Part shown: positions 28,249 to 36,239 of the stretch, in pieces
Layout: each line of letters opens with the position of its first letter
Position numbering within the stretch: the first letter of the stretch is position 1
NCBI GenBank assembly: GCA_008369845.1
Contig: MRSU01011698.1
Location: 1 to 36,239, forward strand
Direction of reading: 5' to 3'
Length of the DNA: 36,239 nucleotides
Source of the DNA: Trichomonas gallinae
Taxonomy: Eukaryota
Position numbers and translations under genes: made by a program
The notes under the pieces: model-generated
The model's input: the letters and a program-made list of their open reading frames with translations, nothing else
Databases searched by the model: none
What the model was told of the DNA's origin: nothing

Positions 28249-31200
28249 TTAATTCGGCCTCTTTGCAGTTTTCATTGGTCTTCTCTTCTTTGCAGATTCC
28301 GCTTTTTGGCGTCTCGCTGATGTAATTGTCAGCTCTGGGATTTCGTCAATTTGTTTCTTTTCATGGACAATTTGCGGAGCCCAAAGATGCTCTGATATAG
28401 TATTTTTCTCCATTCTCCTTGCAGACGGCGGCCTCCTTGAGCTTTCAACGTTTGTCTCTGTGAGAGCAACAGGTGGCATCGTGACAGGCGGCTCTGTGGA
28501 CATTCTGCTTGACATAGATATCTGCAGCTGCAGTGGATCCATCTCGGTGCTCCTTCCACTATTAGAAGCTGACTGTTTCCTAGCAGAAGACGGCATATTT
28601 AGGTGGTCGTAGTTTGAATTCGTTCTAATGTTCGAGTCAGTTTTCTTCCTAGAAGAGAACGGAAGGCTTTCCAAGTTACTCTCAATTCTTCTTGATGAGT
28701 TTTTGTCAGACAGATCGCTCTTGTCTTCTCTGCGGCTTGTATTGTATCTCCTAGCAGCAACAGGCTCATTGTATGTGTCAGTGTAAAGTCTGCTGCTCTT
28801 CTTATTAGAGTTAGGGATGTTCAATGCCTCTATCTCAGGCTTCTGCCTTCTCGCGGAAACAGGCTCTTCATAATTGCTTCTTCTTCCAGTGGATTTCTTT
28901 TCTAGTTCAGACTGTCTCCTTGATGACGTGATTGTCATGTTGTCTAGCTCTGATAGCCTCGAAGACGATGCTGTGTCATTGTAGTAAGGATCGGCTGATG
29001 ATATGTTGCTTCTCCTGCCAAAGTTCGCAGTCTCGCTTCGCGATGATTCGGATTTCTGGCGCCGTGCACTCGCTGGAGCTTCGTATGGATAGAGATCGCT
29101 AATCCTCTGCTCAGCAATGTCAGCTTTCTGACGTGCTGTAAGTGGGACTCTCGGGACTTTTTGTTCAGAGTTTTTGCGTCTCAAGTATGAGCGGTCATCA
29201 GATCTTTTAGATCTTGATGTGACGCTTCCTGATCTTCCTGTCCTTGGAGCCTCGTCGTCGTGATCGTTGACACACATCGGGTTAACAGCTTCAGCGCGAG
29301 CAGTCTGAGCACGTGGAGTTTCGAGGTTGAAACCGCCGCCGAGTCTCAACATTTCGACTGGCTTCATGTTGATTGGTAATGTTGGGATTTGCGGTCCTTG
29401 TAGAGCCTGGTTCTTTTGCTTTATTGCCAATGATTTAGTCTTTGTTTCTTTCAGTCTGCCTCTAAGATCAGCAATGGCTTCTTTGAGCTGCTCAGCCTGC
29501 GCTTTAACAATCTCTGTTTCTTTTTGAGCTTCTTCCATTTCTTGCTCTTTCTTTTTGATTGATTTCTTTATGTTATCAAAAGCGACATCTTCGTCAATGA
29601 ATCTGGCATTCTTTGCTCTCGTCTTTACTTTCTCTATTTCCTCTAAAACTTGATGCTTCTTCGAGAGCAGTTTAATTCTCTGCTTCTCAACTCCTTCGAT
29701 TTTGTTTTTAAGGTATTGGATCATTTGGATCTGCTTGTAGCGGTCTGGGTTCATCGCTGCCATGATCGTCCATCTATGCACATTCAGCGGCCTCATGAGC
29801 TCCTGCTCGTAGCGATTTCTTAATTCTCTTTCATGTAGCAATGCTGAATCGAGAGAAATTTTTTCAAGCGTCAAAGAAGCCAGAACTGCCGCGCGATTCT
29901 GCAATTTTCTGTTCTTCGCCATGAGTGCTGACATCTCTGATTCCATTTCCCTGTACTTCTTCTGGTTCTCGCTGTAGTTGAAGCCTTTGTGGTCGAGTTC
30001 GTACATCAGTGAACTGACCATAACTTTCTGTTCATCAATTTCTGTCTGGCGCTGAGCTAGCTGTGATTTCAGCATCGTTATCACGTCGGTGATGTTCTTC
30101 AGCTCTGCGTTGGCATGTGTAATGTCTTTCTGTGACTCCATAATAATAAGGTTCAGTTTTGTCGCTTCACTTTTGATTTTGATAACAGTCGAGTTCATTT
30201 CTTGTGTCATCTTCTTTGTTAGGTCAACCATCTCTGTTAAAGAGACATTCTGCTTTTCGAGGGACCTTGACCTAAAGTGTTCTTTGATGCAGTCGCTCGT
30301 CTTCTCTTGCGCCATGACTTTTAATTTTTGAATTTCTTCATGAGCAGAATTTATTTTCTTCAAAAGTTCTTGGTTCTCTTTTTCTATTCCTATGATCTGG
30401 TTAGATATAATATCTCTGTCCTTGCGCATGTTCTGGACAATCTTCTCGTGGTCCTTCGATTGTACTTCTATAGAGTGAAGCAGATAGTTTGACGACTCAA
30501 TTTCCGCGCGCGTCATCATCAGGTTGTCTGAGAACCTGACAGTATTCACGATGCTTTCACCTGCCTGCTTCATGTACATCTTCGACTCAGTCTCCAGAGA
30601 ATGTGCATAGCTGTTTAGTGTCTCTATGTCCATCTTCTCTGCGTTGATTTGCGCGTCAACAAGTTTTGACAAATCTTTCAGCTCTTTCGTGTTGTTTTTT
30701 TCTTGGTCGACTCTCATCTTCACTTGATGAATGTTTCTCTGCGTAGAGTCGTTCTGTCTCTCCACCGTCTTCATGTTGCTGTCTTGTATTGTGTAGTTCC
30801 TAGTAATGCCAATGATTTCGTCCACTTTATCGCGCTTTTCTTTGCCCGTGACTCGAAGCTCATGAGCCAAATTATCCCTGTACTTTGTTATTTCATCCAG
30901 TCCTTGCTTGGACTCTTTAATGGCGCTGTCTATTCCCTCTATGTGGACCCTCTCTGAGTCTATTGTTCTCTGGTGAGACTCTAAGTTCTGCTTGACTCGC
31001 TGAATGTTTGAATTTAAAGTGTTTTGATGATTTAACACTAAATCGAGGCTTGCCTGCCTTTCTCGCTTCTTAATTATAGAAATATTGCAGTCATTCCTAG
31101 CTTCGTTGAGTTTTGAGCGCTGGTTTTCTAGTTTTCTGCTTAAATCATCGATATTTGTTTTTGAATTTGCGATTTTTCGCGTAATTTCATTGGATTCATC

Positions 31201-31896
31201 TTGTGAAGCATCGCTGCTAATCTTTGTTTTTTCAATTTGATTATAATATTGCATTTTAGAGTTTTTTAAGCCTTCTAATTGTTCTGATTCGATATCTATT
31301 GATTCTTCAAGAGCTTTTGATTCCGTTTGCGATGACTCGATTGCTGTGTTGCAGTCAGCAACAAGTCTTTTCAGTTTCTCTATCTCTGCTTGTAGTACGT
31401 TAATTTCTTTCTCGTTTCTTTGTGCTTCATCCTTGAAATTTGTAAGGTCGACCTTCATATCGGCGAACTTTGCTTCAGAGACGCTTTGTTCGTGGACTTC
31501 TGCCGCAAGTTTGTCCACTTGTGATTTCATTTGCTCGCATATCTCTTTAGCTTTCATTTCTTTCTCTTGAGATGAAACAACCAGCCTTCTAGCTTTCTCG
31601 AATTCGTCTTTGTATTTGTCTATTGCTTTGTGATCGTCTTCGCTCATTTTTAATAACGCGGATACTTTAGTTGCATTCGCAATAATTTCAGCATTTAATG
31701 CTTGCGCGGCACTGGTTAATTTATTGTTCTTATCGTGGCTATCCATGAGTAAATCATGGAGTTGGCGATAAATATTAGTAAATTGTCGAACATTTGCTGT
31801 ATCTGTTATTTCTCCGACAATGTTCTGGAAGTCCTGGACAATCTGCGATATTTCCTTCTCAAGATCATCCTGGTTTACTCGCTTCTTGTCGGACAT
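28249..31896 (-). CDS. CFAP58: CFAP58 (CCDC147)-like flagellar coiled-coil protein with long basic C-terminal extension, 1215 aa
   Basis: About 830 aa of coiled coil containing ELMRPLNVHRWTIMAAMNPDRYKQIQMIQYLKNKI (CFAP58 EL..PLNVHRWR.LE..DP..YE.I.KI..LQKRL) and the terminal RLGGGF motif. Confidence 0.8.
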   Translation of the reverse strand: MSDKKRVNQDDLEKEISQIVQDFQNIVGEITDTANVRQFTNIYRQLHDLLMDSHDKNNKLTSAAQALNAEIIANATKVSALLKMSEDDHKAIDKYKDEFEKARRLVVSSQEKEMKAKEICEQMKSQVDKLAAEVHEQSVSEAKFADMKVDLTNFKDEAQRNEKEINVLQAEIEKLKRLVADCNTAIESSQTESKALEESIDIESEQLEGLKNSKMQYYNQIEKTKISSDASQDESNEITRKIANSKTNIDDLSRKLENQRSKLNEARNDCNISIIKKRERQASLDLVLNHQNTLNSNIQRVKQNLESHQRTIDSERVHIEGIDSAIKESKQGLDEITKYRDNLAHELRVTGKEKRDKVDEIIGITRNYTIQDSNMKTVERQNDSTQRNIHQVKMRVDQEKNNTKELKDLSKLVDAQINAEKMDIETLNSYAHSLETESKMYMKQAGESIVNTVRFSDNLMMTRAEIESSNYLLHSIEVQSKDHEKIVQNMRKDRDIISNQIIGIEKENQELLKKINSAHEEIQKLKVMAQEKTSDCIKEHFRSRSLEKQNVSLTEMVDLTKKMTQEMNSTVIKIKSEATKLNLIIMESQKDITHANAELKNITDVITMLKSQLAQRQTEIDEQKVMVSSLMYELDHKGFNYSENQKKYREMESEMSALMAKNRKLQNRAAVLASLTLEKISLDSALLHERELRNRYEQELMRPLNVHRWTIMAAMNPDRYKQIQMIQYLKNKIEGVEKQRIKLLSKKHQVLEEIEKVKTRAKNARFIDEDVAFDNIKKSIKKKEQEMEEAQKETEIVKAQAEQLKEAIADLRGRLKETKTKSLAIKQKNQALQGPQIPTLPINMKPVEMLRLGGGFNLETPRAQTARAEAVNPMCVNDHDDEAPRTGRSGSVTSRSKRSDDRSYLRRKNSEQKVPRVPLTARQKADIAEQRISDLYPYEAPASARRQKSESSRSETANFGRRSNISSADPYYNDTASSSRLSELDNMTITSSRRQSELEKKSTGRRSNYEEPVSARRQKPEIEALNIPNSNKKSSRLYTDTYNEPVAARRYNTSRREDKSDLSDKNSSRRIESNLESLPFSSRKKTDSNIRTNSNYDHLNMPSSARKQSASNSGRSTEMDPLQLQISMSSRMSTEPPVTMPPVALTETNVESSRRPPSARRMEKNTISEHLWAPQIVHEKKQIDEIPELTITSARRQKAESAKKRRPMKTAKRPN

Positions 31897-32490
31897 TTTT
31901 CTTGAGAAGGAAAAATCTATCCGTTTATAAATTTATGATTTATTTCACAAACACGCAATTTTCGTGTTAATACAGTCAAATAACATAAAATTTCTCATTT
32001 TTTTTATGAAATCGAAAAAATCATTTTCAAATTCTTGTTCTACAACTTATATATTTTCATATTAGCCAAATATATGCTGTAACATGCTAATTCTAGCTTC
32101 CTAAGTCCAAAATAATAATAATTAATCAAATTTCCAAAATAGAGTATCAATATCTTGAATATTTAAGTAGTCATACAATAGAAATATAGGGATCTCTTTT
32201 CAATATGAATATATTACTATTCATATATAAATTTTTGATCAAATCATCTTGTTATCACTTATATGTTAAGACATTAGTCACCTTGCGCCATTGTATACAA
32301 AGTTATGTTATGTAAGTCCAAATGAAATAAGAAATATGATTTTTACGAATGTGTGATATTACATACATAGCAGTGATAAAAGGTATCGAATATAAAGGCA
32401 TTTGTGTGGTAGAAATGTATTATTTTGAAATTTGTCATTACACATGTGATTACGCAATAATTTGTTAGATGCTATGATTGAAACCCAATT

Positions 32491-32684
32491 TTTGACAAGT
32501 AAAATTGATATTTGACATATAAAACCAAGATTTGACATATAAAATTTATTATTTGACATGTAAAATAATATTTGACACATAAAATCGATTTTTGATTTGT
32601 AAAACCAATATTTGACAATTTAAATCGATATTTGACAAGTAAAAATCAATAGTTGACATGTAAAAATGTTTATTTGACATGTAA
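32491..32684. repeat. Phased array of 10 copies of TTTGACA(T/A)(G/A)TAAAA, ~20-bp period, directly upstream of the GT8 gene
   Basis: The core G falls at 32494, 32514, 32534, 32555, 32574, 32594, 32614, 32634, 32655 and 32676. Same motif family as the array at 17724. Confidence 0.92.
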
Positions 32685-32697
32685 TGGAAAATCAAAA

Positions 32698-33891
32698 ATG
32701 AGTTTTTTGTTCTTTTTTATAAAACTTTGTGAAAACAGAGGAAAAATAGAAGAATTTCCAGATTTCACAATAAGCTATACAGGAGAGCAAGATTTCGATG
32801 CAAATGAAGTCGCTCCTTCGCCAAATAATTTTGCATATATCACAATGATCACTGGCGACGATGATATTGAGCACGAAGTTCTGAAATCTGCCATGCTTGC
32901 ATATTCTTTATGGTATATTACACCAAAAGTCGATCGAATTCTATTAATTTCTACGAAATTCAAAATGCCTGAAGTTCATGAACAGCGTCTTGCTAGATTG
33001 TATACAAGCGTTTACAGATCACCATTTGTTGACTTTAAATGCCCAGGAAATTTATCCAAAGAATCTGATGCACATCATTGGTTCAAATTAAATGCATGGA
33101 CAGTTACATCATATGAGAAATTACTTTGGATTAGTCCCAATGTTTTCTTCACAAAAGATCCATCAAGATTATTCCAATATCCAGCTCCTGCTGCTCCTCC
33201 TGACTATCAACTATGGTCAATGTCCGAATATGGACCAGTACACAACTTTGATGTATTACTTTTTAAGCCATCACTTGATGATTTCTTGAAATTAAAAGAA
33301 ATGGCTTGTGATTGGATATCAAATCCAGAAAACAGCCAAAAGCGCGCACAAATAGAAGGAATGCCGTACTTAGGAGCATACGACAACGGCCTTCTCGAAG
33401 AGTTTTTCAAGCATGAAATCACAACATTTCCGAAATATGTTTGCTACGAGGTTCCAGGCATCAAAGATGGCGAGGCGGCGACACCAGGCGACGACATAGA
33501 TCCAAGGATCATGTCATATAGGTTCTCGAAGGACCACATGCCTTGGGAGGTGACTTCGACGCACGTTTCTCAAGCGTGGGCTTATCTTCTGAAGAAAATG
33601 TTTGACGCGCTTGAAGAAGAGCCTAATATCAAAGAACAGAACCTTTACCCTCCATCGACGAACACTTCTTTGGACTTGATTTCAAAGAAGCAGCCTCCAA
33701 TACTGAATTTCACATCAGTTCAGTTCTTGGAAACATTCGTAGAATTCACGCCAATCAGTTTCGCGCGTGTTGTTGTCAATGCTGTCCTTCTCGGACTATC
33801 AACCCTGTTTGTTATTATATATGCTGTGCTCAATCCATCTCTCGATCCATATAAAGGAGAGAATCGTGTTGTTCGCCGCAAAAATGAATAA
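32698..33891 (+). CDS. Glycosyltransferase family 8 (glycogenin-like) protein with N-terminal hydrophobic leader and C-terminal TM helix, 397 aa
   Basis: The first ATG is at 32698; the track's TTG start lies inside the repeat array. FAYITMI, LAYSL, WFKLNAWTVTSYEKLLWI, VLLFKPS, D.GLL..FF and MPW match glycogenin/GT8 blocks. TM helix VVVNAVLLGLSTLFVIIYAVL. Confidence 0.8.
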   Translation: MSFLFFFIKLCENRGKIEEFPDFTISYTGEQDFDANEVAPSPNNFAYITMITGDDDIEHEVLKSAMLAYSLWYITPKVDRILLISTKFKMPEVHEQRLARLYTSVYRSPFVDFKCPGNLSKESDAHHWFKLNAWTVTSYEKLLWISPNVFFTKDPSRLFQYPAPAAPPDYQLWSMSEYGPVHNFDVLLFKPSLDDFLKLKEMACDWISNPENSQKRAQIEGMPYLGAYDNGLLEEFFKHEITTFPKYVCYEVPGIKDGEAATPGDDIDPRIMSYRFSKDHMPWEVTSTHVSQAWAYLLKKMFDALEEEPNIKEQNLYPPSTNTSLDLISKKQPPILNFTSVQFLETFVEFTPISFARVVVNAVLLGLSTLFVIIYAVLNPSLDPYKGENRVVRRKNE

Positions 33892-33949
33892 AAAAATAGA
33901 TTTAGTGTTTTGAATAAATAAATTATATTGTTTTGTATTACACAGTCCA

Positions 33950-34320
33950 TCAATTTAGCTTTTCTTGATTATCTCTGGTGACGTGCTTCAATAATGCTAA
34001 TCTAGAACCTTGCAACTTTTTCGACTCTTCTTCGAAAAACTTTCATTGAATATCAGTACTATTATCAAGGTATATTTCATAATTCCTAAGTTCTAGAGAG
34101 ATGTTTTCATGTAGTGGACATGCGGTTATGACGATTGAAGGATATAACTTGAACGATCTTTTGCAAAATCTGTTGCAACTTCTTCCTAAACATGTTTTTT
34201 AAATATTGTTTGAGATTTTCTGGTTTATGCTAAGTTTCTGTCTCAATTTGATTTCATATGGTTATCAAAACGCTCAAAATAGAGGACAAGACGATCTAAT
34301 TCATCTTTAACATGCTCATT
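33950..34320 (-). pseudogene. Possible decayed coding fragment between GT8 and BTB genes
   Basis: Coding-like composition with broken minus-strand frames: HVKDELDRLVLYFERFDNH..., EEVATDFAKDRSSYILQSS and CPLHENISLELRNYEIYLDNSTDIQ*KFFEEESKKLQGSRLALLKHVTRDNQEKLN*. Confidence 0.3.
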
Positions 34321-34415
34321 CTTGCCTATGCAAGATTATAGCTTTTTGCGTTTTAGTTAATAATTCTTATCTTTTATTTGAAAAATAATTATTTTATAAA
34401 TAGCAGATGATGTTT

Positions 34416-35924
34416 TTATTTTGGTGCATGATTTAAGAAACAACCTGTGATCTCAACATTGCGGACCTTGAATGTCGAATCTCCGACTCTCTTTATTGTG
34501 AATGCTGTGATTGGTTTATCGACATCGAATGATACAATATTCGATGAATTGTCAAATTTCTTATCCATTACAGGTTCATTGTTCAATTCAGTGACAACTT
34601 GAACAGTTGTAGGGTATTTGAAATATTGCATTTTCAGACTAACATTTCCGAGTCTCTTTGGTCCACACTGTTCAGAAACGCGCTTAACATCCATGGATAA
34701 TATAATCTTGCTTGGTTGAATGAAGGCGTCATGTCCGAAATCACATCTAACTTCGATTTGACTATTGTCCTTAAGATACAACGGCGGAACGTAACTTTCA
34801 TCGTTGTCCAAGAAAATATTATCATGGGCATATCTTTTCATCATTTTCTTGCTATCGAATGGCTTTCCTGTGATCAACAAGTAAAATGCTGGATTGTGCT
34901 GAGCTTCTGTGAAATATCCGAATGTGGAAATGAATTTGATGATATCAACTTGTGGAGTTTTCTCGGTTTTCTTGGCATCTGCAATATACGAAAGCCATGA
35001 GAATGCATACCATCTATTGACTTTTTGATCTGCGGTTTTGATATCTTCTTCGAAATTTTTAGCAGTGGCACGACGAACTGAGAAGACAGTCTTATATATC
35101 TGACGAGAAACGGATGAAGGTAACCATTCACATTTGTATTTTGCAAGAGTTAAGTAAGCATCATTACTTTTCCAGTTGTAAATCTCTTCATGAGCAAGAT
35201 CTTGTTTTTCTTGTTCAGAGATGTCTGGGAACTGTGTATAGAAAGTTTCAATTAATTTAATTCTTTCTTCACCAGTTGTTGCCTTTAAAATATTAGGCTG
35301 GCGGAGTAAGTATGCATAAACTGATCCATTTCTTACGCGTTCTAATAGGCTCTCCATATTGATATAGTGCACAACGTGTTCATTTTTAATGATTTTGAGA
35401 AAGTCCTCAGTAATGTAAGGAATAATCATCTTGGCAGGGTCTATGAGTTCGTACTCAGAAAGTTTACGAAGGATTGGGGTAAGATATTTCCAATCTTTGG
35501 AGTGCGCTTTGCAAATATCATCAAGAGCGTTGAGAATAATTGTTTCGTATTGCTTAAATTCATAAAAGCTAGCAATTTTCAACATTGGAATGGTGGTATC
35601 ATTTATAATAGCGTACTCTTGGTTATATGACATTCTAATTTTGAACTCTTGGCTATATAACATATTGATGAATTCACCCATCATATTGTCAGGGTTAATA
35701 GGTAATTCAAGCCTTAGTAAAGATGTTTGTGGTTCCGTAGATGCAGCAAATTTGCGTTCAAACCATTTAGAAAATTTCGCAAGAATTAATCTGTGAGCAT
35801 TAACCGTTGTTTCTTCGCCAGCACTGTTGTGGGAAACAAGGGCGACGTTGAAAAACAGTTTATCGTTTAAGAGTGATGAGAAATTGCAGGAGTGGCGATG
35901 ACTAATCTGAAATCCCTGTGACAT
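34416..35924 (-). CDS. BTB/POZ-domain protein, 502 aa
   Basis: DKLFFNVALV...VNAHRLILAKFSKWFERKF...FINMLYS matches the BTB pattern F.AHR.VLAA.S.YF. Inr TCATTTT at 35930-35936. The stop is embedded in TAAA. Confidence 0.88.
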   Translation of the reverse strand: MSQGFQISHRHSCNFSSLLNDKLFFNVALVSHNSAGEETTVNAHRLILAKFSKWFERKFAASTEPQTSLLRLELPINPDNMMGEFINMLYSQEFKIRMSYNQEYAIINDTTIPMLKIASFYEFKQYETIILNALDDICKAHSKDWKYLTPILRKLSEYELIDPAKMIIPYITEDFLKIIKNEHVVHYINMESLLERVRNGSVYAYLLRQPNILKATTGEERIKLIETFYTQFPDISEQEKQDLAHEEIYNWKSNDAYLTLAKYKCEWLPSSVSRQIYKTVFSVRRATAKNFEEDIKTADQKVNRWYAFSWLSYIADAKKTEKTPQVDIIKFISTFGYFTEAQHNPAFYLLITGKPFDSKKMMKRYAHDNIFLDNDESYVPPLYLKDNSQIEVRCDFGHDAFIQPSKIILSMDVKRVSEQCGPKRLGNVSLKMQYFKYPTTVQVVTELNNEPVMDKKFDNSSNIVSFDVDKPITAFTIKRVGDSTFKVRNVEITGCFLNHAPK

Positions 35925-36239
35925 GAGAAAAAATGAGGGAAATTTTTGACTAATTTGAAATTTATTAAGGAAATAATGCGTATTTAGTAGATATCTTATT
36001 TCTGCAACAATTTCAGAAGAAATAAATTATGAAGGAAAATATGCCGTTTTACATGACAAATTTTTATTTTTTAATCCAAAACATTTTCAACTAGGGATGT
36101 GCGAACTGGCCGTTTAGTGATGGATTCGCTGATTTTGGATTCGATGTTGAAAACATAAATCATTTTTGAACAATGTTATATTATAATAGCGTACATAGTA
36201 GCCATCATGAATGCAATAAAATAAGAATTTCTTTATAAT

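Noticed and set aside
32491..32684. RFX X-box interpretation (GTTGCCATGGCAAC has the same length and central CATG)
   Set aside because: The key GTT/GCAAC positions do not match and RFX factors are not known from parabasalids. The motif is also not adjacent to the start codons of the two flagellar genes here.
1..36239. Spliceosomal introns or a non-standard genetic code
   Set aside because: All long ORFs are uninterrupted in the standard code and use TAA, TAG and TGA as stops. I noticed no trichomonad ACTAACACACAG branch/3' splice motif.

Overview
AT-rich, intron-less, gene-dense eukaryotic DNA, most likely from Trichomonas vaginalis or a close parabasalid. The evidence is an actin N-terminus [28 protein letters not shown](T/C)TTT initiator elements just upstream of several ATGs, and stop codons embedded in TAAA poly(A) signals. 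The window holds the 5' end of an actin gene, 15 complete protein-coding genes and a tRNA-Gly(CCC). The genes are two RalGAP/tuberin-like proteins, PX, 14-3-3, GT61-like, WD40, SDR, RSP4/6, a metallophosphoesterase, a UBL-UBA protein, ankyrin, CFAP58-like, GT8-like, BTB and two hypotheticals. Most notable: (1) two phased arrays of 10-12 copies of a quasi-palindromic TTTG(A/T)CATGTAAAA motif at ~20-bp spacing, each abutting a start codon, with single or paired copies upstream of other genes; (2) a PX gene ending in CCG-TTT-TGA whose +1 frame continues as a coding-like 24-aa tail (possible +1 frameshift or indel); (3) RalGAP alpha-like and beta-like genes, both lacking the catalytic Asn thumb, flanking a 14-3-3 gene; (4) a GT8 protein lacking its DxD motif; (5) a CFAP58 homologue with a long SARR-repeat tail. 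All family calls come from recognising motifs by eye; no database search was run.
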